Origin: Bacillota bacterium
GTDB taxonomy: Bacteria > Bacillota > Clostridia > Christensenellales > Pumilibacteraceae
Direction of reading: 5' to 3'
Assembly (NCBI GenBank): GCA_009787385.1
Contig: WRGC01000006.1
Coordinates: 2,657 to 66,656 of the forward strand
Length of the DNA stretch: 64,000 nt
Numbering within the stretch: position 1 is the stretch's first letter; each line of letters begins with the position of its first letter. The notes under the pieces are model-generated. The model was not told where the DNA came from and made no database searches. It was given only the letters and a program-made list of their open reading frames with translations. The translations under genes were made by a program, and so were the position numbers. Below, one piece after another: positions 17,756 through 28,263 of the stretch.

Positions 17756-19993
17756 ATGAACGAAAAGATAATAATAAAAAATGCGAGAGAAAACAACTTG
17801 CAAAATATAAGTTTACAAATACCAAAAAAGGCAATCACTGTTTTTACAGGAGTGTCAGGTTCTGGCAAAAGTAGTATAGTCTTTGACACAATTGCCGAAG
17901 AAGCAGGTAGATTGTTAAATCAAAATTATAGTAGTTTTGCAAGATTGTATTTGCCTAAGTATAGGCAGCCAAATGTAGATAGTATTGATGGACTTTGTAC
18001 CGTAATAGCCGTAGACCAAAAACAAATTGGAGGCAACGCCCGTTCTACGCTAGGTACAACAACAGATATTGCTCCATTGTTGAGAGTATTGTTTTCTAGA
18101 TTTGGTATCCCAAAGGTTGGGTTTGCAAATGCATTTAGTTTTAATGATCCATCTGGTATGTGCAATAGATGTCAAGGTATTGGCAAGATTATTGCATTAG
18201 ATGTTGATAAAGCAATAGATAAGAATAAATCTCTCAATGAAGGTGCTATATTGTTGGATGGTTTTAAGGTAGGTAGTTTTTTGTTAAAACTATATACTGA
18301 GTCTGGTTTTTTTGATTGTGACAAAAAGATAGCTGATTATTCTAAAAGTGAGTTTGAGCAACTTGTGTATGCTCAACCGCAAAAGGTTGTAGCCAATTAT
18401 AAAAATAGTCAGTATGATATGACTTATGAGGGTTTGTCTACTAGGTTTATTAGACAAAATATAAATACTGCAAGAGAAAAAACACAATCAAACCAAAAAA
18501 AGATAACTCAATTTTTTGCAGAACAAGTTTGTGATGAGTGCAATGGGGATAGATACAACCTTAGGGCTTTGCAATGCAAAATAAATGGATACAATATTGC
18601 TGATATTAGCAAAATACAATTAGTTGACTTGGTTAAGGAGTTGTACAATTGGAATATACCACAAGCAAAATCTGTCATAGATGATATTGTAAATAGACTT
18701 CAATTATTGATAGATATTGGACTGCCATATTTGAGTTTGGATAGAAATACGAGTACTCTATCTGGCGGAGAAAGTCAAAGAGTTAAGATTGCAAAATACA
18801 TATCTTCTAGCCTTGTAGATGTATGTTATATTTTTGATGAGCCTAGTATAGGATTGCATGCGAGAGATGTTCATAGACTCAATGACTTGTTGATAAAGCT
18901 TAGAGATAAGGGCAATACGGTGTTGGTAGTAGAGCATGATCCAGATGTAATAAAAATAGCAGACCATATTGTAGATATAGGACCAAAGGCAGGTAGGCAT
19001 GGTGGAAAGATTATGTTTGAGGGTAAGTTTGATGATTTGTTGCAAGCCAATTGCTTGACATCACAATATTTAAATCAAAAAGCAAGCATAAATACAAAAC
19101 AGACAAAACCTACTCAATTTTTTGTTAGTTCAAAATCTAGTATGCATAATCTCAAAGACATATCACTATCTATCCCCAAAGGTATGTTTTGTTGCATAAC
19201 AGGTGTGGCAGGTTCTGGTAAGTCTACTATTGTCAATAGTGTATTTGCAAAACAGTTTGATTGCATAAAGATTGATCAAAGTGGTATTGGTGGAAATATT
19301 AGATCTAATATAGCAACATATACAGGTATAATGGAGAATATAAGAAAATTGTTTGCAAAGTCAAACAATCAAAAGCATAGTCTTTTTAGCTATAATTCTC
19401 AAGGAGCTTGCAAAAAGTGTAATGGTACGGGTGCTATAGAGCTAAATTTGTCTTTTATGGATATTAGTGAAATAATTTGTGATGAGTGCAACGGCGGTAG
19501 GTATGATAAGCAAGTTTTGGAATATAAATACAAAGGCAACAGTATTGTAGACATAAACAATATGACAATAGAGTATGCCTTAGAATTTTTTGAAAATAAA
19601 GATATAGTTTCGGTTTTGCAAAGTTTGGTAGATGTTGGATTGGGTTATATGACATTAGGGCAATCATTGAATACTTTGTCGGGTGGTGAGTGTCAAAGGT
19701 TGAAGCTTGCAAAAGAACTTAATCAAAATGGCAATATTTATATTTTAGATGAGCCTACTACAGGTTTGCATTTAAGTGATATAGACAATATATTGACTAT
19801 TATAAACAAGTTGGTTAATTCGGGCAATACAGTTGTAGTAATAGAACATAATTTGGAAGTTATAAAAAGAGCAGATTGGATAATAGATATAGGTCCTGAT
19901 GGCGGAACAAATGGTGGACAAATAGTATTTGAGGGTTTTCCTGTTGATTTGTTGAAATGTTCTAATTCTTATACTGCCAAATATTTGGTTTGA
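17756..19993 (+). CDS. UvrA-family ABC ATPase paralogue (short, 745 aa)
   Basis: N-terminal NLQNISLQIPKKAITVFTGVSGSGKSS, Zn modules CNRCQGIG and CDECNG, LSGGESQR, a second GVAGSGKST, and LSGGECQR. About 200 aa shorter than canonical UvrA, consistent with absence of the UvrB-binding/insertion region. Confidence 0.8.
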   Translation: MNEKIIIKNARENNLQNISLQIPKKAITVFTGVSGSGKSSIVFDTIAEEAGRLLNQNYSSFARLYLPKYRQPNVDSIDGLCTVIAVDQKQIGGNARSTLGTTTDIAPLLRVLFSRFGIPKVGFANAFSFNDPSGMCNRCQGIGKIIALDVDKAIDKNKSLNEGAILLDGFKVGSFLLKLYTESGFFDCDKKIADYSKSEFEQLVYAQPQKVVANYKNSQYDMTYEGLSTRFIRQNINTAREKTQSNQKKITQFFAEQVCDECNGDRYNLRALQCKINGYNIADISKIQLVDLVKELYNWNIPQAKSVIDDIVNRLQLLIDIGLPYLSLDRNTSTLSGGESQRVKIAKYISSSLVDVCYIFDEPSIGLHARDVHRLNDLLIKLRDKGNTVLVVEHDPDVIKIADHIVDIGPKAGRHGGKIMFEGKFDDLLQANCLTSQYLNQKASINTKQTKPTQFFVSSKSSMHNLKDISLSIPKGMFCCITGVAGSGKSTIVNSVFAKQFDCIKIDQSGIGGNIRSNIATYTGIMENIRKLFAKSNNQKHSLFSYNSQGACKKCNGTGAIELNLSFMDISEIICDECNGGRYDKQVLEYKYKGNSIVDINNMTIEYALEFFENKDIVSVLQSLVDVGLGYMTLGQSLNTLSGGECQRLKLAKELNQNGNIYILDEPTTGLHLSDIDNILTIINKLVNSGNTVVVIEHNLEVIKRADWIIDIGPDGGTNGGQIVFEGFPVDLLKCSNSYTAKYLV

Positions 19994-20127
19994 AAAACAA
20001 ATTTTAAGATAATAATTTTATTGCAAATTATTGTTTAGTATATTTGATTTTTTATATTATATAAAAATTTATTAATAATCAAATTAATTTGTTTTTTATT
20101 AATAATATAATTACTTAGGAAGCATCT

Positions 20128-21036
20128 ATGGCATTAACTACTACAATTGACAATACAATTCACATACCACAAGCTCAAGATAGGCTTGATGTGTTGCAAA
20201 AGATAGCTTATAATGAGAGACATGGGTTGTTTCATTTAGATGTAGAAGCTGATGCTCCAACTGTGCCTATAGATGTGGACAAGCTAGATTTGTTGAATGT
20301 AAAATGGACAAGTAAAATTGTAAACAAGATTGCCAATTTTGCGGGCAATAGATTTTTTAAAAAATGGCAAAAGGATAAGGCTATATACAAGGGTACTACG
20401 GGGTTAGAAAATTTGCAAGGATTTTGTGGTAGTGCTATGGTTACATGCAATCACTGTAATATTTTTGACAACTATGCAGCTTATCTAGCTTTGAAGGAAC
20501 ATTGGACAAAACGCAGGTTTGTATTGCACAAGGTAGTGCGTGAGGGAAATTACAGTTATCCTGGTATAATTGGTTATTTGATGCGTCATTGCAATACTCT
20601 CCCTGTACAAGAGACAGACCAAACAAGCATGAGAGTGACGATGGAGACAAGTAGAGCTATCAAAACATTGCTTTCTAAAGGCAAACAAGTGCTTATATAT
20701 CCTGAGCAAGCTATGTGGTGGAATTATAAAAAACCTAGACCATTCAAAAAGGGAGCATTTCACTTTGCAGCAAAAAACAATGCTCCTATTATTCCACTTT
20801 TTATTACCTTAAAAGATAGTGACAAAATTGGACCAGATGGATTCTTTGTACAGGAATTTGTAGTAAATATACACCCTATTATATATCCAGATCCAGCCAA
20901 TACTGTATCACAAAATCTCAATATGATGATGCATACCAATTATCAAATGTGGAAGGATACATATGAAAAAGTGTATGATATCCCGTTAGAATACACTACA
21001 ATGGAGATGCAATATTTGGATGGTTGTTTGGATTAG
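20128..21036 (+). CDS. plsC: 1-acyl-sn-glycerol-3-phosphate acyltransferase family protein
   Basis: An HX4D motif (NHCNIFD) and IYPEQAMWW (PEG-like block). SD AGGAAG. Confidence 0.6.
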   Translation: MALTTTIDNTIHIPQAQDRLDVLQKIAYNERHGLFHLDVEADAPTVPIDVDKLDLLNVKWTSKIVNKIANFAGNRFFKKWQKDKAIYKGTTGLENLQGFCGSAMVTCNHCNIFDNYAAYLALKEHWTKRRFVLHKVVREGNYSYPGIIGYLMRHCNTLPVQETDQTSMRVTMETSRAIKTLLSKGKQVLIYPEQAMWWNYKKPRPFKKGAFHFAAKNNAPIIPLFITLKDSDKIGPDGFFVQEFVVNIHPIIYPDPANTVSQNLNMMMHTNYQMWKDTYEKVYDIPLEYTTMEMQYLDGCLD

Positions 21037-21107
21037 TTTTTTGAAGTTTTAATATAAAAATACTACAGTCTATTGGATTTTAAAATCTATTGGACTGTTG
21101 TTTTTTA

Positions 21108-21136
21108 TTGTGCTATTTATAAAATAGTGTTATAAT
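21108..21136 (+). promoter_or_regulatory. Sigma-A-type promoter abutting the pgi start codon
   Basis: TTGTGC-N17 (ending in TGT, an extended -10)-TATAAT(21131-21136). ATG follows 6 nt later at 21143, with no SD. Confidence 0.45.
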
Positions 21137-21142
21137 ATTGGC

Positions 21143-22537
21143 ATGTTAAAAGTAGATTTCAATAATATGACAAGTGATATCATTGGCGACGAACATGGTA
21201 TCAATATAGCTATTCAATCAGTTAAGGACAAAGATTGGATAAACAGTGCATTTAACTTTGTCAAAAGTAAAGAGGGAAAAGATTGGCAAGAGTGGATGTC
21301 AATGCCACATATGGACACAAAGTATATTGATGAGATTGTAGAGTACGGCAAAACTATCAAAGATACTTGTACTGATTTGGTGGTGTTTGGGATAGGTGGT
21401 TCGGCTCTTGGGGTACAGTCTGTAGCAACGGCATTGACTCATTTGAGATACAATAGTATTTCTCATGCAACAAGAAAAGCTCCTCGTCTATATGTTGAAG
21501 ACAATGTAGATCCTAATAGAATGTCATCATTATTAGATGTTATTGATATAGAAAATGCTCATTTTATTGTCACTACTAAGAGCGGAAATACTAGTGAGAC
21601 TTTGGCACAATTTTTGTATGTGTATGATTTGCTAGTCAAAAAATTGGGCAAGGACAAAGCTAAGAAATCTATTACTGTAATAACTAGTTTTGGCAAGGGT
21701 GATATATTTGGTGTTGCCAAAGCTCAAGGGTTTAAAATGTATGAAGTTCCCAAAGGTGCAGGTGGTAGATTTAGTGTGCTTAGTGTGGTTGGATTGGTTG
21801 CTTTTGCATGTATTGGATTGGATATCAAACAATTACTTAAAGGTGCAGGAGATTTTCAAAACAAATGTTTTGTCAATGATATTTACAAAAATCCAGCATT
21901 GATGACAGCATATTTGCAAGTTCTTAATATGCAAAGAGGTAAGAATATTGGGGTTATGATGCCATATGCAGATGGACTTAAGTATTTTGCAGATTTTTAT
22001 GCTCAATTGTGGGCAGAATCTTTGGGCAAAGCTGTAGATCTAGATGGCAATACAGTTCATGTAGGACAAACCCCTGTCAAGTCTCTAGGGGCGACGGATC
22101 AACATAGTATGGTACAACTTTTCAATGAAGGTCCTTTTGATAAGGTTATTACATTTATTACAGTTCAAGATTTTTGTAATAAAATTAAAATCCCTAAAGT
22201 TGATGGCATAGATATAGGTGATTTTTTGAGTGGACATACCTTTGCTGAGTTGTTGTCTGCTGAGAGAGTAGCTACAGAATATGCAGTTACTAAGACACAA
22301 AAACCTAATTATAACATAATATTGGACAAGCTAAATCCATATACGATAGGTGAACTGTTGGCTTATCTAATGATGCAAACTGCATTTGCAGGGGCTTTGC
22401 TCAATATAGACACATACAATCAACCTGGTGTAGAACAAGGCAAAGTTTCTACATTTGCAATGTTAGATCGCAATGGATACGAAGCTGATAAACAAGAAAT
22501 ATTGTCTATATCTAAGAAAAAAGAATTGATTATATAA
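21143..22537 (+). CDS. pgi: Glucose-6-phosphate isomerase
   Basis: VVFGIGGSALG, TKSGNTSET, GGRFSVLS.VGL. The 464-aa length fits the Firmicute type. Confidence 0.9.
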   Translation: MLKVDFNNMTSDIIGDEHGINIAIQSVKDKDWINSAFNFVKSKEGKDWQEWMSMPHMDTKYIDEIVEYGKTIKDTCTDLVVFGIGGSALGVQSVATALTHLRYNSISHATRKAPRLYVEDNVDPNRMSSLLDVIDIENAHFIVTTKSGNTSETLAQFLYVYDLLVKKLGKDKAKKSITVITSFGKGDIFGVAKAQGFKMYEVPKGAGGRFSVLSVVGLVAFACIGLDIKQLLKGAGDFQNKCFVNDIYKNPALMTAYLQVLNMQRGKNIGVMMPYADGLKYFADFYAQLWAESLGKAVDLDGNTVHVGQTPVKSLGATDQHSMVQLFNEGPFDKVITFITVQDFCNKIKIPKVDGIDIGDFLSGHTFAELLSAERVATEYAVTKTQKPNYNIILDKLNPYTIGELLAYLMMQTAFAGALLNIDTYNQPGVEQGKVSTFAMLDRNGYEADKQEILSISKKKELII

Positions 22538-22613
22538 TTTTTTACAGTCATATGGTACAAGTATTTGGTAGTTAATTTATTAAAAAATATATTACTACTA
22601 ATGCTATTATCTT

Positions 22614-25600
22614 ATGGCTAATTTTTTACATATGCTGAAATTTACAAAAGATCAACAACAAGCAATAGACCAAATAGGTAGTGTAATTGTATCAGCTAGT
22701 GCAGGTAGTGGAAAGACTACTGTAATGATTCAACGAATATTAAGGCTTTTGAAAGAAAAAATAAATGTTTCTGGTTTGATGGTATCTACATTTACTAAGG
22801 CATCAGCTTTGGATATGCAGACAAAACTCAAAGAAAAACTTGGAGAATTGGCTACTACTGACCCAACATTTGCTACACTTGTAGATAGTATCAATGAAGC
22901 TAGTATTGGTACATTTCATAGTTTGTGTTCTAGATTTTTAAGACAGTATTTTTATGCATGCTCTGTTGATCCTGATTTTGTACTGATGGATGAGCAAGAG
23001 AGTGCTATTATATTGAGTGATAGTATTTCAAAAGTTATTGAGGATTCTCACCAAAACCCTACAGAAGACTTTTTGGATTTATACAACATCATGCTCCAAA
23101 ACCGCTCTGATAGAGCTTTGAAAGAACAAATAGTAAAAATATATCAATATGCAAAGGCTCAAGTTGATTGGAAAGGGTGGTTGCAACATGCCGTGGATTG
23201 TCATGACAATCCACATGAAGTTGCAAAATTGTACGAACAGATTGTAGTGTCAAAGATACAAGCTTTGCAAGATAGATTGCTTAATTTTCATACCAATGCT
23301 ACTAAATTGGGAATGGATTTTTCTATATATGTGGCAGAGTTGCAATCATTGATATCAGGTGTGGATACACAATTGTCTGTACTTAGTCAAAAAAAATGTA
23401 ATATTGATAAGGACAACTTTTTGCATATAGAAGCTTATGAAGAATTTAAGGATTTAAAAAAGTATATAAGTGATAGTAGTAGTTCGTTGTTTGCCCCACT
23501 CAAAGATTCTAAGTTGTCATACAATATTGCAAAAGAACTTATTAGGTTGGTTCTTCAAACTTGTGATGAGTATGATATGGCAAAACAAATGATAGCAAAG
23601 ATAGACTTTAGTGATATAGAGCATTGCATGCTAAAAGTTTTGGGCAATGAGCAAGCAAGATTGGAAATGACCAATAGTATTAGTCATTTGTTTGTAGATG
23701 AGTATCAAGACATCAATCCATTACAAGACAAGATATTGGGGATATTGGGTGAAAAAGCAGAAGTGTTTGTAGTTGGAGATGTCAAGCAAAGTATATACGG
23801 CTTTAGAATGTGTGACCCAAAGTTTTTTGTAGACAAAATGTCTGCTAATAGTTTGCTAGACAACAACATGAAACTTATAAAGCTTAATGGCAATTTTAGA
23901 AGTCGTAACCAAATTTTGGATTTTGTAAATGCTGTTTTTGCTCCAACTATGACTTTAGCCAATGGTGGAAGTGATTATGCGTTAGATAGCATGTTGACAG
24001 GCAAACAAGAGAATGATGTTGTAGACAATACTCTCAAAGCGGTGATAACCAAAATTGTGCATGTAGCAAAGACTGAAAGACCAGAAAATTTGCCACCATA
24101 TGATATAATCAATCATGTCAATCAAATTGACAAACAAGCTCCTAAGATAGATGTGATAGTAAGACACATATCTAATTTGGTAATAAATCAAGGTGTGGAG
24201 TTAAAGGACATAGCAATACTTACTCATAGTAGAGATAGATTTTGTTTTAAGTTGCGTGATAAACTAAATGAGTTGGGACTAACTACCAACTTAGAACAAT
24301 CAAAGACGGTATTGGATAGTGTAGCAAGTAGTAGCTTGTTGCAATTTTTGTCACTAGTAGATTATTCTCACAATGATATAGCCTTAGCTACTGTGTTGCG
24401 TAGTGGATTTGTGGGATTAGATGAAATAGCTTTGTCCAAAATTAGGTTGTCTTATTCTCAAACTTACAGTTTTTGTGAATGTTGCGAACTTTATTACAAA
24501 GATACTCAAGATGAGATATCTGTTGCACTAAAATCATTATTTGACAAATTAGAAAATTATCAATCACTCAAAAACAGTTTGACAGTTGCACAACTTGCAC
24601 ATACTATAGTAGCACAACATGATTTTTTGTTGTCATTATATAATAAGAATGACAGTATAGAGTCTTTGTATTGGTTTTTGCAAGATATAGAATCGCACCC
24701 TTATCAACATGATCTATTTAGATTTTTGCAAAGTGTGTTTGACAATCCACCCAAAGCTAGACAAGTTGAGACAAATGATTGTATCAAAATTATCACTGTA
24801 CATGCTTCTAAAGGGCTAGAATATGATTATATTATTATGCCTACTATAGATAGTAACTTTCACAAAGACTATGCTAGAGACAAGTTTTTGTTGGATAACC
24901 AATTGGGTTTGGCTAGCAAAGTTTTTGATTTAGAAGAGGGCGAAACTCACACAAATGCTGTATTTGAGTATTTTAAGTACAAGATAGCCAACAAATCTAT
25001 AAATGAAGAAATGAGATTGTTGTATGTAGCTTTGACTAGAGCAAAAAAGCAATTGTTGCTAGTGGTAGATAGTAGTGCAAGTGAATACAAAACAGGTGAC
25101 AATGTGTCTAAGTGGTCTGATTGGATATACCCAATAGTGCAAAAATTGGGATTGTATGACAACTGTTTTTATGAAGAAGATTGGCAACAGTTTGGGATAG
25201 ATAATCAAAAAGATGATAGTAAGATATTAGATAAAGAATTAAAAACAAATGTATTTGGGACTCCCCCTGATGATTTGTTGCAGCAAGTCAAGCAAACTAT
25301 ATCTATAATACCAAGCAAGTCTACAATGGTATCAAAGTCATCAGTAACAAGATTGCTTAAGACAGAAGATACAGAGCCTGTATTGTACGAAGATAAGGTT
25401 TTGGACATAGGAAAGTTATACCACAAAGTATTGCAAGCATTGGATTTGAGTGTGTCATTTGAAGATGCATATGCTAGTTTGCAAAATGTTATTACTGAAG
25501 TAGAATTATCAAGTATAAAAAAAGAATTGATACGAAAGGCACACAAAACACTGTTTGATTTGAGTATTGGTGCAAAAGTATTTAGAGAAAAAAACTTTAT

Positions 25601-25880
25601 GCTCAATGCAACTAGTCTCACTGTTGTAGATGGAACAAATCAAGTGCTTGCAAGTCAGCATTATAATACAAATCTTATACAAGGTATAGTAGACTTTATG
25701 GCAATCAAATCTAATGGCATAATAGTTGTAGACTACAAGTATAGTGTGAATAAAGACAATATTCAAGCATACAATAGACAATTGGATCTATACTGTAATG
25801 CAATATCCAAAATATTGTCTTTGCCTATAATAAGTGCTTGCTTGTATGATATACAACAATCTAAACTTATAAAGTTCTAA
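22614..25880 (+). CDS. addA: ATP-dependent helicase/nuclease subunit A (UvrD-type helicase + RecB-type nuclease)
   Basis: SASAGSGKTTVM (Walker A), FVDEYQD, VGDVKQSIYGFR, ITVHASKGLE, YVALTRAK, and the C-terminal nuclease motif GIVDFMAI...VVDYKYS. Confidence 0.85.
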   Translation: MANFLHMLKFTKDQQQAIDQIGSVIVSASAGSGKTTVMIQRILRLLKEKINVSGLMVSTFTKASALDMQTKLKEKLGELATTDPTFATLVDSINEASIGTFHSLCSRFLRQYFYACSVDPDFVLMDEQESAIILSDSISKVIEDSHQNPTEDFLDLYNIMLQNRSDRALKEQIVKIYQYAKAQVDWKGWLQHAVDCHDNPHEVAKLYEQIVVSKIQALQDRLLNFHTNATKLGMDFSIYVAELQSLISGVDTQLSVLSQKKCNIDKDNFLHIEAYEEFKDLKKYISDSSSSLFAPLKDSKLSYNIAKELIRLVLQTCDEYDMAKQMIAKIDFSDIEHCMLKVLGNEQARLEMTNSISHLFVDEYQDINPLQDKILGILGEKAEVFVVGDVKQSIYGFRMCDPKFFVDKMSANSLLDNNMKLIKLNGNFRSRNQILDFVNAVFAPTMTLANGGSDYALDSMLTGKQENDVVDNTLKAVITKIVHVAKTERPENLPPYDIINHVNQIDKQAPKIDVIVRHISNLVINQGVELKDIAILTHSRDRFCFKLRDKLNELGLTTNLEQSKTVLDSVASSSLLQFLSLVDYSHNDIALATVLRSGFVGLDEIALSKIRLSYSQTYSFCECCELYYKDTQDEISVALKSLFDKLENYQSLKNSLTVAQLAHTIVAQHDFLLSLYNKNDSIESLYWFLQDIESHPYQHDLFRFLQSVFDNPPKARQVETNDCIKIITVHASKGLEYDYIIMPTIDSNFHKDYARDKFLLDNQLGLASKVFDLEEGETHTNAVFEYFKYKIANKSINEEMRLLYVALTRAKKQLLLVVDSSASEYKTGDNVSKWSDWIYPIVQKLGLYDNCFYEEDWQQFGIDNQKDDSKILDKELKTNVFGTPPDDLLQQVKQTISIIPSKSTMVSKSSVTRLLKTEDTEPVLYEDKVLDIGKLYHKVLQALDLSVSFEDAYASLQNVITEVELSSIKKELIRKAHKTLFDLSIGAKVFREKNFMLNATSLTVVDGTNQVLASQHYNTNLIQGIVDFMAIKSNGIIVVDYKYSVNKDNIQAYNRQLDLYCNAISKILSLPIISACLYDIQQSKLIKF

Positions 25881-25886
25881 AAAGTT

Positions 25887-26876
25887 ATGCCAAAATTTGA
25901 CAAAACAAAAATGCACCCCCCTGCAAGGCGACTGTCCAATATTATGAGATGGTTGCCTTTTAGTGACTGTATATGGCTACAGAGATTGGTTACCAAATTT
26001 AGATTTTATAAATCCAAAAACAAGCATATTAGAATTTCAAAATTATTATTGTCACACAATCCTCATGATTTTTTGGATTCAAATTTGATTAAACAATTTT
26101 CGCAATCACAACTAAAAGGTTTAGGCAAGACATCATGTAGATTGTACAACGGAGATTCAAACAAAATAATGCCCTTGATTGTGTATTTTCATGGTGGTGG
26201 TTTTGTGTATGGCAACTTCAATTCTGCTGATGGTGGATTGAGAGATATGTGCTACTCAACAGGTTGTAATATACTAGTGATAAAATATCCACTAGCACCC
26301 AAATATAAGTGTGACATAGCAATAAGATTGTGCAACTACATATTGACAAATTTAAACATTGATATTTTGTACAAAGGTATAATTCTTATGGGTGACAGTG
26401 CTGGTTGTAGCATTGTCCTAAATACAATACATAGTGTGTTGTCACAATTGCAAGACACAACAAATAGTATAATAGGGCAAATACTCTTGTATCCAATGGT
26501 AGAAGAAGTAACTAAGGATAGTGGAAATAAATATCCATCTATACAAAAATATGCCAAGGGATGTATGCTTACCAAAAAGAGCCTTATAAAAATGTACAAG
26601 CTTTATTTGCCAAAACATATGACTAAAGAGTATTTTGACAAAGCCAATCCAATCAACTTGTCTTTTAACAATTTTCCCAAAACACTAATTTTTGGTTGTG
26701 AATTTGACCCTTTAAGAGATCATGCAATAGCATTGTACAATCAACTAAATCAATACAATTGCAATACCAAGTTGATTAATTACAACGATATTACTCATGG
26801 GTACTTTGCTAGTTTTGAAAAATATATTGCACTATCATTGCTTGAAATTGTAGAGTTTTTTGTAGAATTGTTTTAA
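25887..26876 (+). CDS. Alpha/beta hydrolase, hormone-sensitive-lipase-type esterase
   Basis: HGGGF oxyanion motif (VYFHGGGFVYG), GDSAG nucleophile elbow (MGDSAGCS), and a late DPLRD ... HG. Lies 6 nt after addA. Confidence 0.8.
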   Translation: MPKFDKTKMHPPARRLSNIMRWLPFSDCIWLQRLVTKFRFYKSKNKHIRISKLLLSHNPHDFLDSNLIKQFSQSQLKGLGKTSCRLYNGDSNKIMPLIVYFHGGGFVYGNFNSADGGLRDMCYSTGCNILVIKYPLAPKYKCDIAIRLCNYILTNLNIDILYKGIILMGDSAGCSIVLNTIHSVLSQLQDTTNSIIGQILLYPMVEEVTKDSGNKYPSIQKYAKGCMLTKKSLIKMYKLYLPKHMTKEYFDKANPINLSFNNFPKTLIFGCEFDPLRDHAIALYNQLNQYNCNTKLINYNDITHGYFASFEKYIALSLLEIVEFFVELF

Positions 26877-26918
26877 ATTATTATTTTTTTGTTGATTTTT
26901 TAAATAAAATGTGCTATA

Positions 26919-26947
26919 CTATTAGTGATAAATTTTATCACTAATAG
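26919..26947. terminator. Perfect 14-bp palindrome followed by a T-run (esterase terminator and/or operator upstream of the defence pair)
   Basis: CTATTAGTGATAAA-t-TTTATCACTAATAG, then TTGTTTTTATC. Confidence 0.45.
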
Positions 26948-26994
26948 TTGTTTTTATCATATACTGTAATGTAAAGTGTTTTTAAGGAGTTTTT

Positions 26995-28263
26995 ATGTTG
27001 TTGCAGTTTAGTGTACAAAATTTTAGAAGTATAAAAGAAAGAGTAACTTTGGATATGCAGGCATTGGATGGTAGAAGTATAAAGGAACATAAGGATAGTT
27101 TGATTGCAGGCAATACATTGCCTGTAGTTGCAATTTATGGTCCAAATGGTGGTGGCAAAACTACTCTATTGCTAGCGTTTAGAGCAATGCAGTTTTTTGT
27201 TACTAAGATGTTTGAAAATTATGGTGGTGGGCAATTGTCTCAAGTGCCACCCAATTTGTGTATACCATTTTGGTTTGATAATGAGAGCAAAAATAAGCCT
27301 ACTTGTTTTGAAGTTGTAATTGAATTACAAAATATTCAATACAAATATGGATTTGATGTTTTTAACAATGTTATTAAAAAGGAATATTTGTACAAAAGAG
27401 AAAAAAATAGTGAGATAGAATTGTTGTATGAAAGAATAGAACAAAAAGTAAGTATACCTTGCAAAAATATATCGGGTACAATAACAGAAAATATGGCATC
27501 AAAGGTATCTCAAGATATGCCTTTGCTAGTATTTATTAATCAATTTTACAACGAATCGCCAATCAAGGATATTGTACAGTGGTTTTTAGATAGTAGGTTT
27601 ATAGATTATAATGATGTCAATCAAGAAGGATTGTTGTTAAACATCATTATTGAGCAAAATGAAAATAAGGAATTTAAAAAGGAAATACTTAAAATATTAA
27701 AAGCATTCGATATAAAAGTATTTGATTATGAGATAAGAAAAATAGACCAAAATATCAACTTGCCACATGGTAATTTTAAGCAAAGACAAATAGAATTTAA
27801 AACTATTCACAAGATTGGAGATAAAGAAATTTCATTGTCATTTCAATGGGAGTCAATGGGTACGAAAAAAATAGTAGGACTTGTCCCTTTTATAATAAGT
27901 TCATTGAAAGTAGGTTTTGCATTTTTTATTGATGAATTGGATTCAAAACTGCATCCTAAATTGCTTGAACAGATTATTGGTTTGTATACCAATCCAGATA
28001 TAAATACAGGTGGTGGTCAGTTGATATTTACTTCTCATGATATGACTACTATGAATAGCAAAATTTTTAGAAGAGATGAAATATATTTTATGGCTTTGAC
28101 AGATGAGCAAGATTCTGAATTATATTCTCTAATAGAAATAAAGGAAGATGATGGTAAAGTTACAAGAAAAGATGGAAATATTGCCAAGAGATATCTAGAG
28201 GGAAGATATGGTGCAGACCCGTATTTTGAAAAAATTTCTAATTGGGGTCAGTCAAATGTCTAA
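26995..28263 (+). CDS. AAA_15/AAA_21-type (SMC/ABC-like) ATPase, AbiLi/RloA-like
   Basis: SD AAGGAG. FSVQNFRSIKE...YGPNGGGKTTLL (Walker A), FIDELDSKLHP (Walker B), FTSHD. Confidence 0.8.
   Translation: MLLQFSVQNFRSIKERVTLDMQALDGRSIKEHKDSLIAGNTLPVVAIYGPNGGGKTTLLLAFRAMQFFVTKMFENYGGGQLSQVPPNLCIPFWFDNESKNKPTCFEVVIELQNIQYKYGFDVFNNVIKKEYLYKREKNSEIELLYERIEQKVSIPCKNISGTITENMASKVSQDMPLLVFINQFYNESPIKDIVQWFLDSRFIDYNDVNQEGLLLNIIIEQNENKEFKKEILKILKAFDIKVFDYEIRKIDQNINLPHGNFKQRQIEFKTIHKIGDKEISLSFQWESMGTKKIVGLVPFIISSLKVGFAFFIDELDSKLHPKLLEQIIGLYTNPDINTGGGQLIFTSHDMTTMNSKIFRRDEIYFMALTDEQDSELYSLIEIKEDDGKVTRKDGNIAKRYLEGRYGADPYFEKISNWGQSNV

Noticed and set aside
21065-21098. A hairpin terminator after plsC (ACAGTC TATTGGATTTTAAAATCTATTG GACTGT followed by a T-run).
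   Set aside because: The internal TATTG segments are direct repeats, not inverted ones, so only 6 + 6 bp can pair. This is too weak to call a terminator with confidence.
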